Source of the DNA: a virus
IMG/VR virus record: IMGVR_UViG_3300046314_000148
Span: 1 to 64,000 of that record
Direction: 5' to 3' (one strand)
Length of the DNA: 64,000 nucleotides
Shown: positions 41,870-51,801 of the stretch, piece after piece
Numbering within the stretch: the stretch's first letter is position 1
How the letters are laid out: every line of letters begins with the position of its first letter
Translations under genes and position numbers: made by a program
The notes under the pieces: model-generated
Database searches by the model: none
Told to the model about the DNA's origin: nothing
Seen by the model: only the letters and a program-made list of their open reading frames with translations

Positions 41870-42549
41870 TGGATAAGCCAGACATAACCACTAAAGAGGT
41901 AGGAAACTTTGGTATATGGTACGACACTATTGATCCAAACTTTACAGAGATATCTAGGATGTCAAATATTCCCCACCACTGGTTATCTTTTCAGGAAGTC
42001 CTTGCAGGTCCATATTCCGAATCAGTAATTAAACCAATAAACAAATATGTTCAAAGACTGGTTCCTCCGCCAACCCTAGTCAGTATATCAGATGGCCAGA
42101 TACGCCTCCGCCAGGGTAACCATGCAGAATTTTTTCTTTTGGAAAGCAGTGACGGAACCTTCACCCATAGAGATAGACCATGGCAGAGACAATACTATAA
42201 CACTAGCCAGGACGGTATCGTAGCTCCAGACAATACCTTTGAGACAGCATTTAAGTTCTATGTTCCATGGATTTTAGATGAGAACGTTCATGTAAAGATA
42301 GAGCAGGTCGATGGAAGTCCATTTACAATCTTGCCTACGGAGTTTAACTACTACAAAGTTCCCGAGCAGATCCAAAACATAGAGCCAAAGTTTGTCACTT
42401 TTTTCTTTAATCGTGTTGGCACCCACATGGTGTCCGACACCTTTGGGAAGATACCAAGACAGTCCCCAATGTTTGACATGGTTTTTTCTGCAAATGGTAT
42501 ACTTATAGATAAAGTTAGGAATTTTTATGAAGAAGCAGAACGTAATTAA
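41869..42549 (+). CDS. Hypothetical protein, distant relative of the next two genes
   Basis: FKFYVPW...SPFTILP...KIPRQSPMFDM echoes the downstream paralogs. Confidence 0.5.
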   Translation: MDKPDITTKEVGNFGIWYDTIDPNFTEISRMSNIPHHWLSFQEVLAGPYSESVIKPINKYVQRLVPPPTLVSISDGQIRLRQGNHAEFFLLESSDGTFTHRDRPWQRQYYNTSQDGIVAPDNTFETAFKFYVPWILDENVHVKIEQVDGSPFTILPTEFNYYKVPEQIQNIEPKFVTFFFNRVGTHMVSDTFGKIPRQSPMFDMVFSANGILIDKVRNFYEEAERN

Positions 42550-43261
42550 GTTTTATCCACTAAACGATAAGACAGCAGAGTTTTCCCCAGAGCCTAAGCC
42601 AGGGTCTAGGGCCTTACCAGAGTGGTACAAGCAGCAGCCAGGAAGCGTAGATAATGGAGAGCTTCTTGCACAGTTCGGTCAGCCTGCCAGCACGGTAAAG
42701 AAGTGCTTGCCAATATTTGACGTTATCACAGCTGGATATATCATAGTTGCCCCACTAGACATCTACATTGACGCAACCGATCCAGATAAGCTTAGTTATC
42801 AGATTCCAGCTGCAATGACTTTGTTTAAGGGGGATATCTTTGCAACTCACGATAGAAAGCAGTATGCAAACATGCCTATGGAGTCTGACCTATACCACCA
42901 AGACTTGCTGAGGATAATGCCATTTTGGATTGCATCAACTCCCCCAGGATTTAGTGCTCTGTTCCTAGACCCACTACACAAGGACCCAACTCCGCTGACA
43001 GCACTGCCAGGACTAATCGACACCGATGGCTACCCATCAGATGGGCATCTATCGTTTAAGGTTCAGAAGGGATTCAAGGGCGTAATCAAGCAGGGCACAC
43101 CTCTAGTCCAGGTTATTCCATTTAGAAGAGAAGACTGGAAGATGGAAGTCGTCGATGCATCAGAGTCTGAGTCATTCCTAAAGAGGCACAGAATGAATCT
43201 TAGAAGCACTTTTAATAATGGTTACAAGAATAAGTTTAGATCTCCCAAGGAATATAAGTGA
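42527..43261 (+). CDS. DUF6065-like protein (dUTPase-like fold)
   Basis: LPEWYK, TVKKCLPIFD..TAGY, TPPGFS, GLIDTD, IKQGTPLVQVIPFRR. Confidence 0.65.
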   Translation: MKKQNVIKFYPLNDKTAEFSPEPKPGSRALPEWYKQQPGSVDNGELLAQFGQPASTVKKCLPIFDVITAGYIIVAPLDIYIDATDPDKLSYQIPAAMTLFKGDIFATHDRKQYANMPMESDLYHQDLLRIMPFWIASTPPGFSALFLDPLHKDPTPLTALPGLIDTDGYPSDGHLSFKVQKGFKGVIKQGTPLVQVIPFRREDWKMEVVDASESESFLKRHRMNLRSTFNNGYKNKFRSPKEYK

Positions 43262-44037
43262 GCAATGAGCCACTCAAAATTAAATTTATTCCTCCGCACC
43301 AGCAGAGAGAAGATGGTTCTGGACCCAACTTTCCACCAGAGCCAGCAGTAAGGCATGTCCCAGAATGGTATCGTGCTCTCGCAAGATTCGATAAATCTAA
43401 TAACGACATCACTCTTAATCCTAAAAACAACATAGGCACCGATGGTGCCCAGGTATCTACAAAGATGTGCATGCCATACTTTGATGCCCTTACTGCAGGG
43501 TATAACTATTGCCTAGAGGATGACCTTTACGTCGATATGGATGAAGATGGCCACCCAATAATGTCCTGGGGTGGAGATGTTATGCTAGTGGATACTAGAC
43601 CAATCTTTGACGTACCTTTGCCAGATAACTGCCACCCAATACATTACGGTTGGAGAATGAACTGGTTCTACGAGACCCCACCAGGGTATTCTGTTCTTAT
43701 AACCCACCCGATGAATAGACATGATCTCCCGTTCTATACCCTATCTGGAATAGTGGAGTCTGACATTTGGGGGCTGCCAGTGTTTACGGCCTTTTTTCTT
43801 AAGAGAAATTTTCGTGGAATAATCCCAAAAGGAACTCCAATCTTTCAGATTATTCCGTTTAAGAGAGACAACTGGGAGCTAGAGGTTGATGATAGCCAAG
43901 AGGCTATTGACGAACACTGGTTCCGTGCAGAGAATAGACGGTCAATGCTTTATGGGTACTATAAGAAAATTGCCTGGAGAAAAAAGATTTTTGGAATTTT
44001 TGGGAAAAGGGAAAAAGAGGTAAACCACGATGACTAA
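43258..44037 (+). CDS. DUF6065-like protein (paralog of 42527-43261)
   Basis: VPEWYR, KMCMPYFDALTAGY, TPPGYS, GIVESD, IPKGTPIFQIIPFKR. Confidence 0.65.
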   Translation: MSNEPLKIKFIPPHQQREDGSGPNFPPEPAVRHVPEWYRALARFDKSNNDITLNPKNNIGTDGAQVSTKMCMPYFDALTAGYNYCLEDDLYVDMDEDGHPIMSWGGDVMLVDTRPIFDVPLPDNCHPIHYGWRMNWFYETPPGYSVLITHPMNRHDLPFYTLSGIVESDIWGLPVFTAFFLKRNFRGIIPKGTPIFQIIPFKRDNWELEVDDSQEAIDEHWFRAENRRSMLYGYYKKIAWRKKIFGIFGKREKEVNHDD

Positions 44038-44893
44038 TCTTCCTATAGCAATCATAGTCGTGGGCTATAAGGATAAGGGCATCCTAGATTTTGTAAAGCA
44101 CCTAAAGAGCGTTACTAGTTCTAAAAATATGGTGCTTGTCACCGATCAGCACCCACTAAAACACAAAGACGAGTTCTCGTCAGTAGATATGTGTAGCTAT
44201 GATCACGTTATCTGGGACTCAATAGATGGCCCAGCCAAGCATAGGTCAGAGAAGATATCTGATGCCGTATCATACGCAGATTATATCTGTATAGTTAGTC
44301 CAGACATATCCCTAAAGTATGGCTGGGACCTAGAATTGATCCATAAGATAGGCTCTGAACGCATAGTTCTATCTGGATCTGGAAGTATTTCTGTATCTAA
44401 CAAGGATATATTCTCGTTGTCACCCACATATACAGAATCTGAAGAATACAATACTACACAGTTTATAGATAGAAATTTCATATTTACAAAATCAGATGCA
44501 TTTTCAAAAATAGTCTTGCCAGACTTTCTTAAATATGACGGCGAGAATGAGTACCTGTCTCTAGCCATGCTATCAGCAGGATATGATATCGTCTCCGTAC
44601 CATCTGAAATCTATTCAGATTCACACATACGGTCCGTAGAGAATACCTACCATACCTTCTCGACAGAACACAACTACAACATCGTAGTGGATCTACTCAG
44701 CGGACTGGGGCTGACCGACTACGGAGTATCAGAAGAGGCACTATCAAAATTCTTAGACTTTCATGGCCTAGAGCTGGCTCCAGTTAAGAGGCTTCCTTAC
44801 TCGACAAATGATGTTATCTATGATCCATACAAGCTAAAGATGCATGGAGTCGATGCTCGCAGGTTCATTGCTGGCACAAAAGCAGTTTACTGA
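44030..44893 (+). CDS. GT-A glycosyltransferase, divergent GT60/GT2-like
   Basis: IIVVGYKD, DYICIVSPD...GWD.ELI, YDGENEYLSL..LSAGYDI. Confidence 0.55.
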   Translation: MTNLPIAIIVVGYKDKGILDFVKHLKSVTSSKNMVLVTDQHPLKHKDEFSSVDMCSYDHVIWDSIDGPAKHRSEKISDAVSYADYICIVSPDISLKYGWDLELIHKIGSERIVLSGSGSISVSNKDIFSLSPTYTESEEYNTTQFIDRNFIFTKSDAFSKIVLPDFLKYDGENEYLSLAMLSAGYDIVSVPSEIYSDSHIRSVENTYHTFSTEHNYNIVVDLLSGLGLTDYGVSEEALSKFLDFHGLELAPVKRLPYSTNDVIYDPYKLKMHGVDARRFIAGTKAVY

Positions 44894-44905
44894 TATAATA
44901 TTATT

Positions 44906-45505
44906 ATGCATAGAATAACCGTGATCGATAACTTTATTAGTCCAGAGGATGCAGCCATCCTAATGGAAGAGCAGGACAGGCCATCTGAGAGAAATCCCTA
45001 TCCAGAATATTATGCCAAAAGATTTGGTGGTACAGCCTTCCCTTATAATCAGCGTGTCATGGACATCCTGATAAAGTATGGACTGCTTTCAAACGATGTT
45101 CACAAAAAGGCTAATGGGTTTGTTAATCCAATATTTGTGTTTAAGAGCTTTGGCTCGGTATGGAAGCCAGTCAGCAAGGCTGGACTACACCTAGATGCCC
45201 AGGACCCAGAACCGTTTATTGAGTTCAGCACAATCATATACTTGAATAGCCCAGACGAATACGAGGGTGGGGTAATATATTTCCCAAACCAGGATTATGA
45301 ATATAAACCGAGACAATACTCTGCTGTTTTCTTTCCGTCAGCAGGCTCGGAATATATCCACGGAATAACATCAGTTACCAGTGGTACTAGAAGAACTGCT
45401 CTCTATATGCATACCAGTATCCCAGAGCATGCAGATCCAGATTTCCACTCGGCCGAGGAAACTGCAGTTTGGCAAGCTCAGACCCACCCAAACAACAAGA
45501 AGTAG
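44906..45505 (+). CDS. Prolyl-4-hydroxylase-like 2OG-Fe(II) oxygenase, leaderless
   Basis: LHLD, STIIYLN..YEGG..YFP, HGITSVTSGTR. Confidence 0.85.
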   Translation: MHRITVIDNFISPEDAAILMEEQDRPSERNPYPEYYAKRFGGTAFPYNQRVMDILIKYGLLSNDVHKKANGFVNPIFVFKSFGSVWKPVSKAGLHLDAQDPEPFIEFSTIIYLNSPDEYEGGVIYFPNQDYEYKPRQYSAVFFPSAGSEYIHGITSVTSGTRRTALYMHTSIPEHADPDFHSAEETAVWQAQTHPNNKK

Positions 45506-45512
45506 CCTAGAT

Positions 45513-46157
45513 ATGAATCACGAAATTCTTGATCTTGGCTTGGTGTACTATCGTGAAGTAATAGATAGTCCACAAACAATAATTGATTTAATCGAAGATG
45601 TTGATAGGCGGTTTAGGGCCAGTGAGCACGGAGCCAACGACACCATTGTGGCAGACTGGAAGCCTTGGACATACGATCACCTATTCTTTAATTATCAAAA
45701 GTTTTTCCCAGAGGCAGAGAATGTTCCAGCAAACGACTACTATGCAAAAGAGATGATAGAGATTGCAAATGCTCTATACCCGTCCCTGAATAAGGCATTT
45801 GATCACTACTCAAAGGTTGTCTATCCCTTCGCAGGAAGAAGTGTTAAGGCTAGAGAGTACAGCATCCATCTACTAAAATATGGAGTCGGTGGCCATCTCC
45901 CAGCTCACTCCGATCAGGGTATAAGTACTAGAGTTCTATCCTCAGTCATGTATCTGAACGATGACTACGAGGGTGGAGAGATCGAGTTTATAAATTCTGG
46001 GGTAAGGATTAAGCCGCAGGCTGGTAGCGTAATATTTTTTCCATCAAACTTCTTATATGTTCACGAGGTACATCCAATAACTGATGGCTTTAGGTATTCG
46101 ATGCCGCATTGGTATCACAATAGAAAAGATTTTATTGCATCAGACGGTACCGAGTAA
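45513..46157 (+). CDS. Prolyl-4-hydroxylase-like 2OG-Fe(II) oxygenase
   Basis: AHSD, SSVMYLNDDYEGGEIEF, HEVHPITDGFRY. Confidence 0.88.
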   Translation: MNHEILDLGLVYYREVIDSPQTIIDLIEDVDRRFRASEHGANDTIVADWKPWTYDHLFFNYQKFFPEAENVPANDYYAKEMIEIANALYPSLNKAFDHYSKVVYPFAGRSVKAREYSIHLLKYGVGGHLPAHSDQGISTRVLSSVMYLNDDYEGGEIEFINSGVRIKPQAGSVIFFPSNFLYVHEVHPITDGFRYSMPHWYHNRKDFIASDGTE

Positions 46158-46937
46158 CATCGGTTTAAAGTCTTTATAGACACTTCTCCACAGATCCGCA
46201 TAGATAGAGGCTGACTCGTCAGCCCAAGGCTTCTGATAGCCAGCAAAATGAACAATCAATGGGTCATCATATTCCTTAGCCATTAGCTTATTATTTCCAA
46301 TTATCCAGTCAAAGAAGTTAAAAGAGAATGGAAGTGGAGATAGGTGCTTAGCCAGAATGGCGTTTAGAGAGTCTTGTTCTGCAAATTGAGTGTCTGGGTT
46401 ATGTGTGATCCACTCGACTAGCTTATCTTCTATGCTGTTAGATCTCCAAAACTCTAAATCAGCTATAAATACACCAGAGTTAAAGCACGGGACATCAGAA
46501 TTATTAAATAAACGCTTGCTGTTATTGACAGTCTCCATTACCGCAAAGAATGTACCAGACCCAGAATAATCAAGTAGTGGCGAAATATCTCTAAGTATAA
46601 TTGTATCTGGGTCTATGTATATTGCAAAATCATATTCTGGGAAAAGTGAACCAATGAATATTCTTTGATAAGCATTGGGTGTAACGTGCTGAACCCCTCT
46701 GGCATACCCATCTTTGTCTAGCTTCAGAAACTTCTCAGATATCATAAACTTAATGCGTAGATTACCCTGAGCCACAGACATTCTATAGTCATCTTCTAGA
46801 TCCATGATTGATTCTGGAACTAGGCAGACGACATCTAGTGGGGCATCCCCATGGTAGTTCATACCCAATGACTTGATGGCTACACGAGAATACCCCATGT
46901 AGTTGCTGTCGAATGAGGTAACTACTACTTTTTTCAT
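46140..46937 (-). CDS. Glycosyltransferase family 8, leaderless
   Basis: IYIDPD, FNSGV, EQDSLN, VHFAGYQKPW; paralog of 41024-41869. Confidence 0.9.
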   Translation of the reverse strand: MKKVVVTSFDSNYMGYSRVAIKSLGMNYHGDAPLDVVCLVPESIMDLEDDYRMSVAQGNLRIKFMISEKFLKLDKDGYARGVQHVTPNAYQRIFIGSLFPEYDFAIYIDPDTIILRDISPLLDYSGSGTFFAVMETVNNSKRLFNNSDVPCFNSGVFIADLEFWRSNSIEDKLVEWITHNPDTQFAEQDSLNAILAKHLSPLPFSFNFFDWIIGNNKLMAKEYDDPLIVHFAGYQKPWADESASIYADLWRSVYKDFKPMLLGTV

Positions 46938-47035
46938 ACATCTATAATATCATGGTATGGTTTTGGTAAAAATTACTTTACTATTACCCCCCATTCTGAT
47001 ATAATTAAGCTAATATATAAAAGTAGGAGGCCACA

Positions 47036-47845
47036 ATGGCAAAAGCACAATTCCCAATAGACGGAAAGCTTGGAAAGGACTTTAAGGCAACTAGCCTTAT
47101 GGGTATGCGTATCCACCCAGTCACCAAGCAGAAGAAGCACCACAATGGTACCGACATCTGGTCACCACATGAGCCATGCTGGATCGAGGCACCTTACGAT
47201 GCAACAGTCCTAGAGGCAAAGAAGTCAACCTCCCCAGGCGGAGGGTTTGGAAACTATGTAATTCTTCTGCACAAGATTAATGGCAAGTTCTATACTACGC
47301 TTTATGCTCACATGCAGGATGGTTCGATAAAGGTTAAGAAGGGCCAGAAGATTACTGCTGGCACCCCACTTGGAAAGATGGGTACTACTGGCATGTCTAC
47401 TGGCAAGCACCTACACTGGGAGCTTCGTCTAGGCAAGGTCCACACTTGGGACGCAAACGGAAAGTTCTACATCGAGCCAATCGCATTCTTCAAGGCACTT
47501 ATTGCACAAGAGAAGATTATTGCAACCGCAGCAGACGTAGCAACAGATGACGATCCGATTGCAGAAGCACCAGAGCACAATGAAGCACAGGCAGCCAAGG
47601 TTGATGCAGTACTTGCAGAGAAGAAGGCAGTCGCAAAGCTTGTAAAGCCAGTCCTATCTGGTGAGCTAACCATTGGTTCAACTGGTGATGCTGTGAAGTA
47701 TCTTCAGGGCAAGCTTGGAGTTTCGGTAACTGGTGAATTTGATGAGGCAACTAAGCTTGCAGCAATTACATTCCAAAAGAAGCACAAGGAAATTACTAAG
47801 CCAGACGGCGTAGTGGGTCCACTATCTTGGAAGCTCTTGGGATAA
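47036..47845 (+). CDS. Endolysin: M23 peptidase + peptidoglycan-binding domain
   Basis: HNGTD, YAHM, STGKHLHWE; C-terminal GSTGDAVKYLQ...DGVVGPLSW. Confidence 0.9.
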   Translation: MAKAQFPIDGKLGKDFKATSLMGMRIHPVTKQKKHHNGTDIWSPHEPCWIEAPYDATVLEAKKSTSPGGGFGNYVILLHKINGKFYTTLYAHMQDGSIKVKKGQKITAGTPLGKMGTTGMSTGKHLHWELRLGKVHTWDANGKFYIEPIAFFKALIAQEKIIATAADVATDDDPIAEAPEHNEAQAAKVDAVLAEKKAVAKLVKPVLSGELTIGSTGDAVKYLQGKLGVSVTGEFDEATKLAAITFQKKHKEITKPDGVVGPLSWKLLG

Positions 47846-48048
47846 TGTCAGACTCTAAGAAGAAAACTTTTCTAAAAACAATTAGCTGGGAGACGTTTCA
47901 CCTTGTGGGTGTAGCAGGAGTAATCTACCTGTTTACTGGCGAATGGGAGTATGCAACCTGGGGAGCTCTTCTCTATATTGCATGGGAAGCTGTCGGATAT
48001 TTTGTTCACGAGCGATTGTGGACAAAGTTTGGAAAGAAAGTTAAGTAA
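47845..48048 (+). CDS. DUF2061-like membrane protein
   Basis: KTISWE...YFVHERLW. Confidence 0.7.
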   Translation: MSDSKKKTFLKTISWETFHLVGVAGVIYLFTGEWEYATWGALLYIAWEAVGYFVHERLWTKFGKKVK

Positions 48049-48224
48049 TGGCAACATATGAATATCAGTGCTTGGCATGTGAGACTAAGTTGTCTGTAAC
48101 TAGAAGCATATCTGATCCAGACCCTGGCTATTTCTGCGAGTCTTGTGGTAATAGGCTAAATAGGGTATACTCAATGAGTAACCCTGTTTTCAAGGGTAGT
48201 GGATTCTATAGAACGGATAAGTAG
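48048..48224 (+). CDS. FmdB-family zinc-ribbon protein (missing from the ORF track)
   Basis: MATYEYQCLAC...CESCG...VFKGSGFYRTD. Confidence 0.85.
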   Translation: MATYEYQCLACETKLSVTRSISDPDPGYFCESCGNRLNRVYSMSNPVFKGSGFYRTDK

Positions 48225-48457
48225 TGTCAGAGACAGTGGAGTGGGTACTCACTGCCAACGATCGTTGCGATAGTTGTGGAGCACAAGCGTATGTCCAGGT
48301 AACAGGAGTTACTGGAGACCTTGTGTTCTGCAACCATCACTATAACAAGATCATGGACAGTACCACGGGGTATGAAAAGATGATGAACTTTGCCTACAAC
48401 ATTCTTAACGAGAGAGAAAGACTTGTAGAGAATAGGTTAATAGGAAGCGACAGATGA
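48224..48457 (+). CDS. Small actinobacterial-type Zn-binding protein
   Basis: LTANDRCDSCGAQAYV...LVFCNHH. Confidence 0.7.
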   Translation: MSETVEWVLTANDRCDSCGAQAYVQVTGVTGDLVFCNHHYNKIMDSTTGYEKMMNFAYNILNERERLVENRLIGSDR

Positions 48458-49209
48458 TTATACAGATAATAGGACTACCAGGTAGTGGAAAGACCACCTT
48501 GGCTAAAGCTCTAAAGGAACGCACTAACGCTATCCACCTAAATGCAGACGAGGTACGTGCAGATATAAACTCTGACCTTGGATTTTCAGAGGCGGAAAGA
48601 GAAGAGCAGTCACGCAGACTGGGAGCAATGGCAAGGTTGTTGTCTAACCAGGGCTACGATGTGATTGTTGATTTTGTATGTCCTACTGCAGACACCAGAA
48701 CTGTTTTTGGTAGACCAGATATCCTTATTTGGATGAACACCATTAAGCAGGGAAGATTCCTAGATACAAACAAGTTGTGGCAAGATCCAGAGAATGCAGA
48801 CTACGTGTTCGAAGAGCAGATATCCGTAGATGACATGGCCTCTACAATCATAGAAGAGTTTGCACTTTTTGACTGGTCTGCACCAACGACACTAATGCTT
48901 GGAAGATACCAGCCATGGCACGAGGGCCACCAGATGCTCCGTGACCACGCTGCAGAACGAACAGATCAGATTCTAATTGGGGTTAGAAACACTTATAACA
49001 CTTCCGAAAAAGATCCATTGCCATACGACATGGTTGAAAAGCTTATTTATGATAAAAATTCTGGATATGTAAATCTTATTAAGAGGCTTCCAAACATTAC
49101 TAATATAGTTTACGGTCGTGATGTGGGGTACAAGATCGAGCAGATCGACTTGCCTGCTGAAATACAGGCCATCTCAGCTACTCAAAAACGTAAGGAGATG
49201 GGCATATGA
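48454..49209 (+). CDS. Adenylylsulfate kinase-like domain fused to an HxGH nucleotidyltransferase
   Basis: GLPGSGKTT, NADEVR...DLGFS...R; C-terminal GRYQPWHEGH. Confidence 0.8.
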   Translation: MIIQIIGLPGSGKTTLAKALKERTNAIHLNADEVRADINSDLGFSEAEREEQSRRLGAMARLLSNQGYDVIVDFVCPTADTRTVFGRPDILIWMNTIKQGRFLDTNKLWQDPENADYVFEEQISVDDMASTIIEEFALFDWSAPTTLMLGRYQPWHEGHQMLRDHAAERTDQILIGVRNTYNTSEKDPLPYDMVEKLIYDKNSGYVNLIKRLPNITNIVYGRDVGYKIEQIDLPAEIQAISATQKRKEMGI

Positions 49210-49415
49210 AAGAAACAAATAAAAGATCAATAGTCAAGGCGTTAACTTATAGATTTTGGCAAAGTCTAAACACATTCTTGATTTCTTTGGTTGTTACTGG
49301 TAAACTAGATATGGCTGCTGCTATTGTTAGTATTGAAGTTGTAGTAAAGATAGTTATTTACTTCTTCCATGAACGCATCTGGAGCAAAATTAAATGGGGT
49401 TTAAAAAATGTTTGA
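49206..49415 (+). CDS. DUF2061-like membrane protein
   Basis: RSIVKALTYR...YFFHERIWSKIKWG. Confidence 0.8.
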   Translation: MKETNKRSIVKALTYRFWQSLNTFLISLVVTGKLDMAAAIVSIEVVVKIVIYFFHERIWSKIKWGLKNV

Positions 49416-49812
49416 GTATTATGTAAAAGAAGTAACCAACGTAGTAGATGGAGATACCATTGACGTTGTAATCGATCTAGGGTTTGACATTAGCTTTAGT
49501 TCACGTGTTCGCCTGGCTGGTATTGATACCCCAGAGTCACGCACAACTGACAAGGCTGAGAAGGCCCTAGGCCTAGAGTCCAAGGAATATCTTAAGAAGG
49601 CCATCAAAGCTGCCAAGACTGTCGTAATCAAGACTGAGAAGATGGATTCCTCGGAGAAGTACGGTCGCATTCTTGGCTGGGTATATCTAGATGGATCTGG
49701 AAACTCTATCAATAACGAAATGATTGAGAAGGGCTACGCCTGGGGATACCTGGGTGACACCAAGGTAAAAGATTTTGATGCCCTAGCAAAGCAACGTGCA
49801 CTCCATAAGTAG
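49408..49812 (+). CDS. Thermonuclease (SNase-like)
   Basis: VVDGDTI, VRLAGIDTPE, KYGRILG. Confidence 0.9.
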   Translation: MFEYYVKEVTNVVDGDTIDVVIDLGFDISFSSRVRLAGIDTPESRTTDKAEKALGLESKEYLKKAIKAAKTVVIKTEKMDSSEKYGRILGWVYLDGSGNSINNEMIEKGYAWGYLGDTKVKDFDALAKQRALHK

Positions 49813-49824
49813 TATAATATATTT

Positions 49825-50262
49825 ATGGAATACGTTATAGGAGCAACGCTCACACTAATTACTGTTGCAGTCTGTAACATATTGCTTAGAAAAAATGTTT
49901 CTAGGTCTATAAAGGTAAACGTAAACTCTAGCCAGTCTAGAACATACCAGCTAATGAGACCATTAGTCTTCTTCGAAGACCTGCTTTCTTCTAAGCTAGA
50001 GCCGAGGATGCCAACACAAAGCAGTAGGCACCACGATAAGGTTCACGTCAAGGTTATCATTTCAGATACCGAAGCGTATTGGATTGCTAATAGTAAATTC
50101 TACGTTGCCGAGGTAAAAGACGAGATGATAGTTCAGGAAACAACCCGAGAGGTTGACACGATGGCCATGGATGATGTACAATTGAAAAAGATTATAGATA
50201 TCGTAGACATGTTAGGAGAAGAAAATGATCGTGGTAGTTCAGGGAACAAAGAGATTCGATGA
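49825..50262 (+). CDS. Hypothetical protein with an N-terminal TM segment, leaderless
   Basis: TATAAT-N6-ATG; hydrophobic N-terminus. Confidence 0.6.
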   Translation: MEYVIGATLTLITVAVCNILLRKNVSRSIKVNVNSSQSRTYQLMRPLVFFEDLLSSKLEPRMPTQSSRHHDKVHVKVIISDTEAYWIANSKFYVAEVKDEMIVQETTREVDTMAMDDVQLKKIIDIVDMLGEENDRGSSGNKEIR

Positions 50263-50575
50263 CTATTCAGTCTTCTTAACTGGCATGAGGTCTGCCCTAA
50301 TTAATCTAACAGACAATGATAAGTCATTCACAGTATTTAGTGCAGGACCAGCAAACATCAATGCTATGGCAATGGAGTTTGTGAATGTTACAGAGAGAAG
50401 CCTAAAGGCAAGAGGGATCAAGTCAAAGCTTGTCAAGGTTCCACCTAGCTGGATTGAAAATAATGTTGATGACATAGATCTGTTTGCATACTATGCATTG
50501 CCTAAAGAGCCAATTCCAGAGATGGTTACATCTGTAAGTAACAAAGGTGTAAACGTTCAGTTTTACAGATTTTAA
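50225..50575 (+). CDS. SLOG/YspA-like protein
   Basis: MIVVVQGTKRFDDY N-terminus. Confidence 0.45.
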   Translation: MIVVVQGTKRFDDYSVFLTGMRSALINLTDNDKSFTVFSAGPANINAMAMEFVNVTERSLKARGIKSKLVKVPPSWIENNVDDIDLFAYYALPKEPIPEMVTSVSNKGVNVQFYRF

Positions 50576-50650
50576 ATACTGACATAGAGGTATTTAAAAG
50601 TCCCGTAGATATTCGGGACACAAATAAACAAAATATAAGGAGAAGAGACG

Positions 50651-50863
50651 ATGAAAATCATTACGTCTCTAGAGCAAATGGACAAAATTGTCCGATCAGA
50701 AAAGTCTTTGCGTTGGAATGGCTGGGATGTAGAACATACAACCCCCAACCCAACTGCCTGGAGTAAGCCAAACGGTGTTTTTGTCAGGGGCAGATGGTAT
50801 GTGAAAGAAACATTTCCTATCACTGAGTCTGGGTGGGAGATCCCTGGCAAGTTTGTGAGGTAG
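50651..50863 (+). CDS. Hypothetical protein
   Basis: SD present; LRWNGWDV motif. Confidence 0.6.
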   Translation: MKIITSLEQMDKIVRSEKSLRWNGWDVEHTTPNPTAWSKPNGVFVRGRWYVKETFPITESGWEIPGKFVR

Positions 50864-50866
50864 CTC

Positions 50867-51157
50867 ATGGACATATCCAGAGATAAGTGGAAAGACGATG
50901 CCAAGTGCATTAAGTTTGACACAAATCTATTCTTCGATACATATGAAGAAGACCCAGAAATCAGAGCCGATGTAGATGAGATGTGCTTTGGCTGCCCCGT
51001 AGCAAGAAAATGTTTTGCTATCGGTGTTTCTCAGAAATCCTGGGGAGTATGGGGTGGCATATACTTGGAGGATGGCGAAATATCTAAAGAGTTTAACAGA
51101 CACAAGACAAAGGCTCAGTGGGGTAACACTTGGCAAAAGCTAACCAATGATAGATAG
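50867..51157 (+). CDS. whiB: WhiB-family transcription factor
   Basis: W...AKC, LFF, CFGCPVARKC, WGVWGG. Confidence 0.92.
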   Translation: MDISRDKWKDDAKCIKFDTNLFFDTYEEDPEIRADVDEMCFGCPVARKCFAIGVSQKSWGVWGGIYLEDGEISKEFNRHKTKAQWGNTWQKLTNDR

Positions 51158-51165
51158 GATGATTG

Positions 51166-51402
51166 ATGTATACAGACGCAATGAAAGTAGCATTCCATTC
51201 TATTCCAGCACCTAAAAACTTTGGAGTTCGCCTAGAAGACAATGACACGTTCCTAACCATTAGGGCAAAAGAAGACGTATTTATGAGACTATACGATGAC
51301 GAAAAGCGTCAGGCTGTGGAGTACATGATTCGACTGAAGAAGGCCCTAGAGGATAACGGAGCCATTGTGCTCATCGTTCGAGAAGGTGGCAAAGAAGAAT
51401 GA
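51166..51402 (+). CDS. Hypothetical phage protein
   Basis: ORF in the operon after whiB. Confidence 0.6.
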   Translation: MYTDAMKVAFHSIPAPKNFGVRLEDNDTFLTIRAKEDVFMRLYDDEKRQAVEYMIRLKKALEDNGAIVLIVREGGKEE

Positions 51403-51791
51403 TAAATTGGATAGATATTCTAGCCTTGATTCCGATGCTTGGATTAATATTTGTGGCATATCAGTATCTAGTCATAAAGAGACAAAACACGAATCTGGCA
51501 AAGATGTTTATGCAGTCTGAAGTAGACAAGAATCTACTTGGACAGCAGATCTTACAGATCAGAGAAGACAAGAGGCTGCTAGAGTCTGATGAGTTCATGA
51601 TGTTTTTAAACAATAGCCGTCAGGCAGCGTTTGACTACATCGAGGATGCACAGGCTGGAATTAAAAAGTTCGACGAGGATGTTCGTCTAATTCTTTTAGA
51701 AGAAAACTCATCTGCAGCCACGCTGGTAAAGATTCTAGAAGCTAATAAGCAGCTTCAAAAGCTATTGCCAGATAGTATAAATAAACAATAA
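51399..51791 (+). CDS. Membrane-anchored coiled-coil protein
   Basis: N-terminal TM; FLNNSRQAAFDYIE. Confidence 0.6.
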   Translation: MINWIDILALIPMLGLIFVAYQYLVIKRQNTNLAKMFMQSEVDKNLLGQQILQIREDKRLLESDEFMMFLNNSRQAAFDYIEDAQAGIKKFDEDVRLILLEENSSAATLVKILEANKQLQKLLPDSINKQ

Positions 51792-51801
51792 GGAGAAATA
51801 A

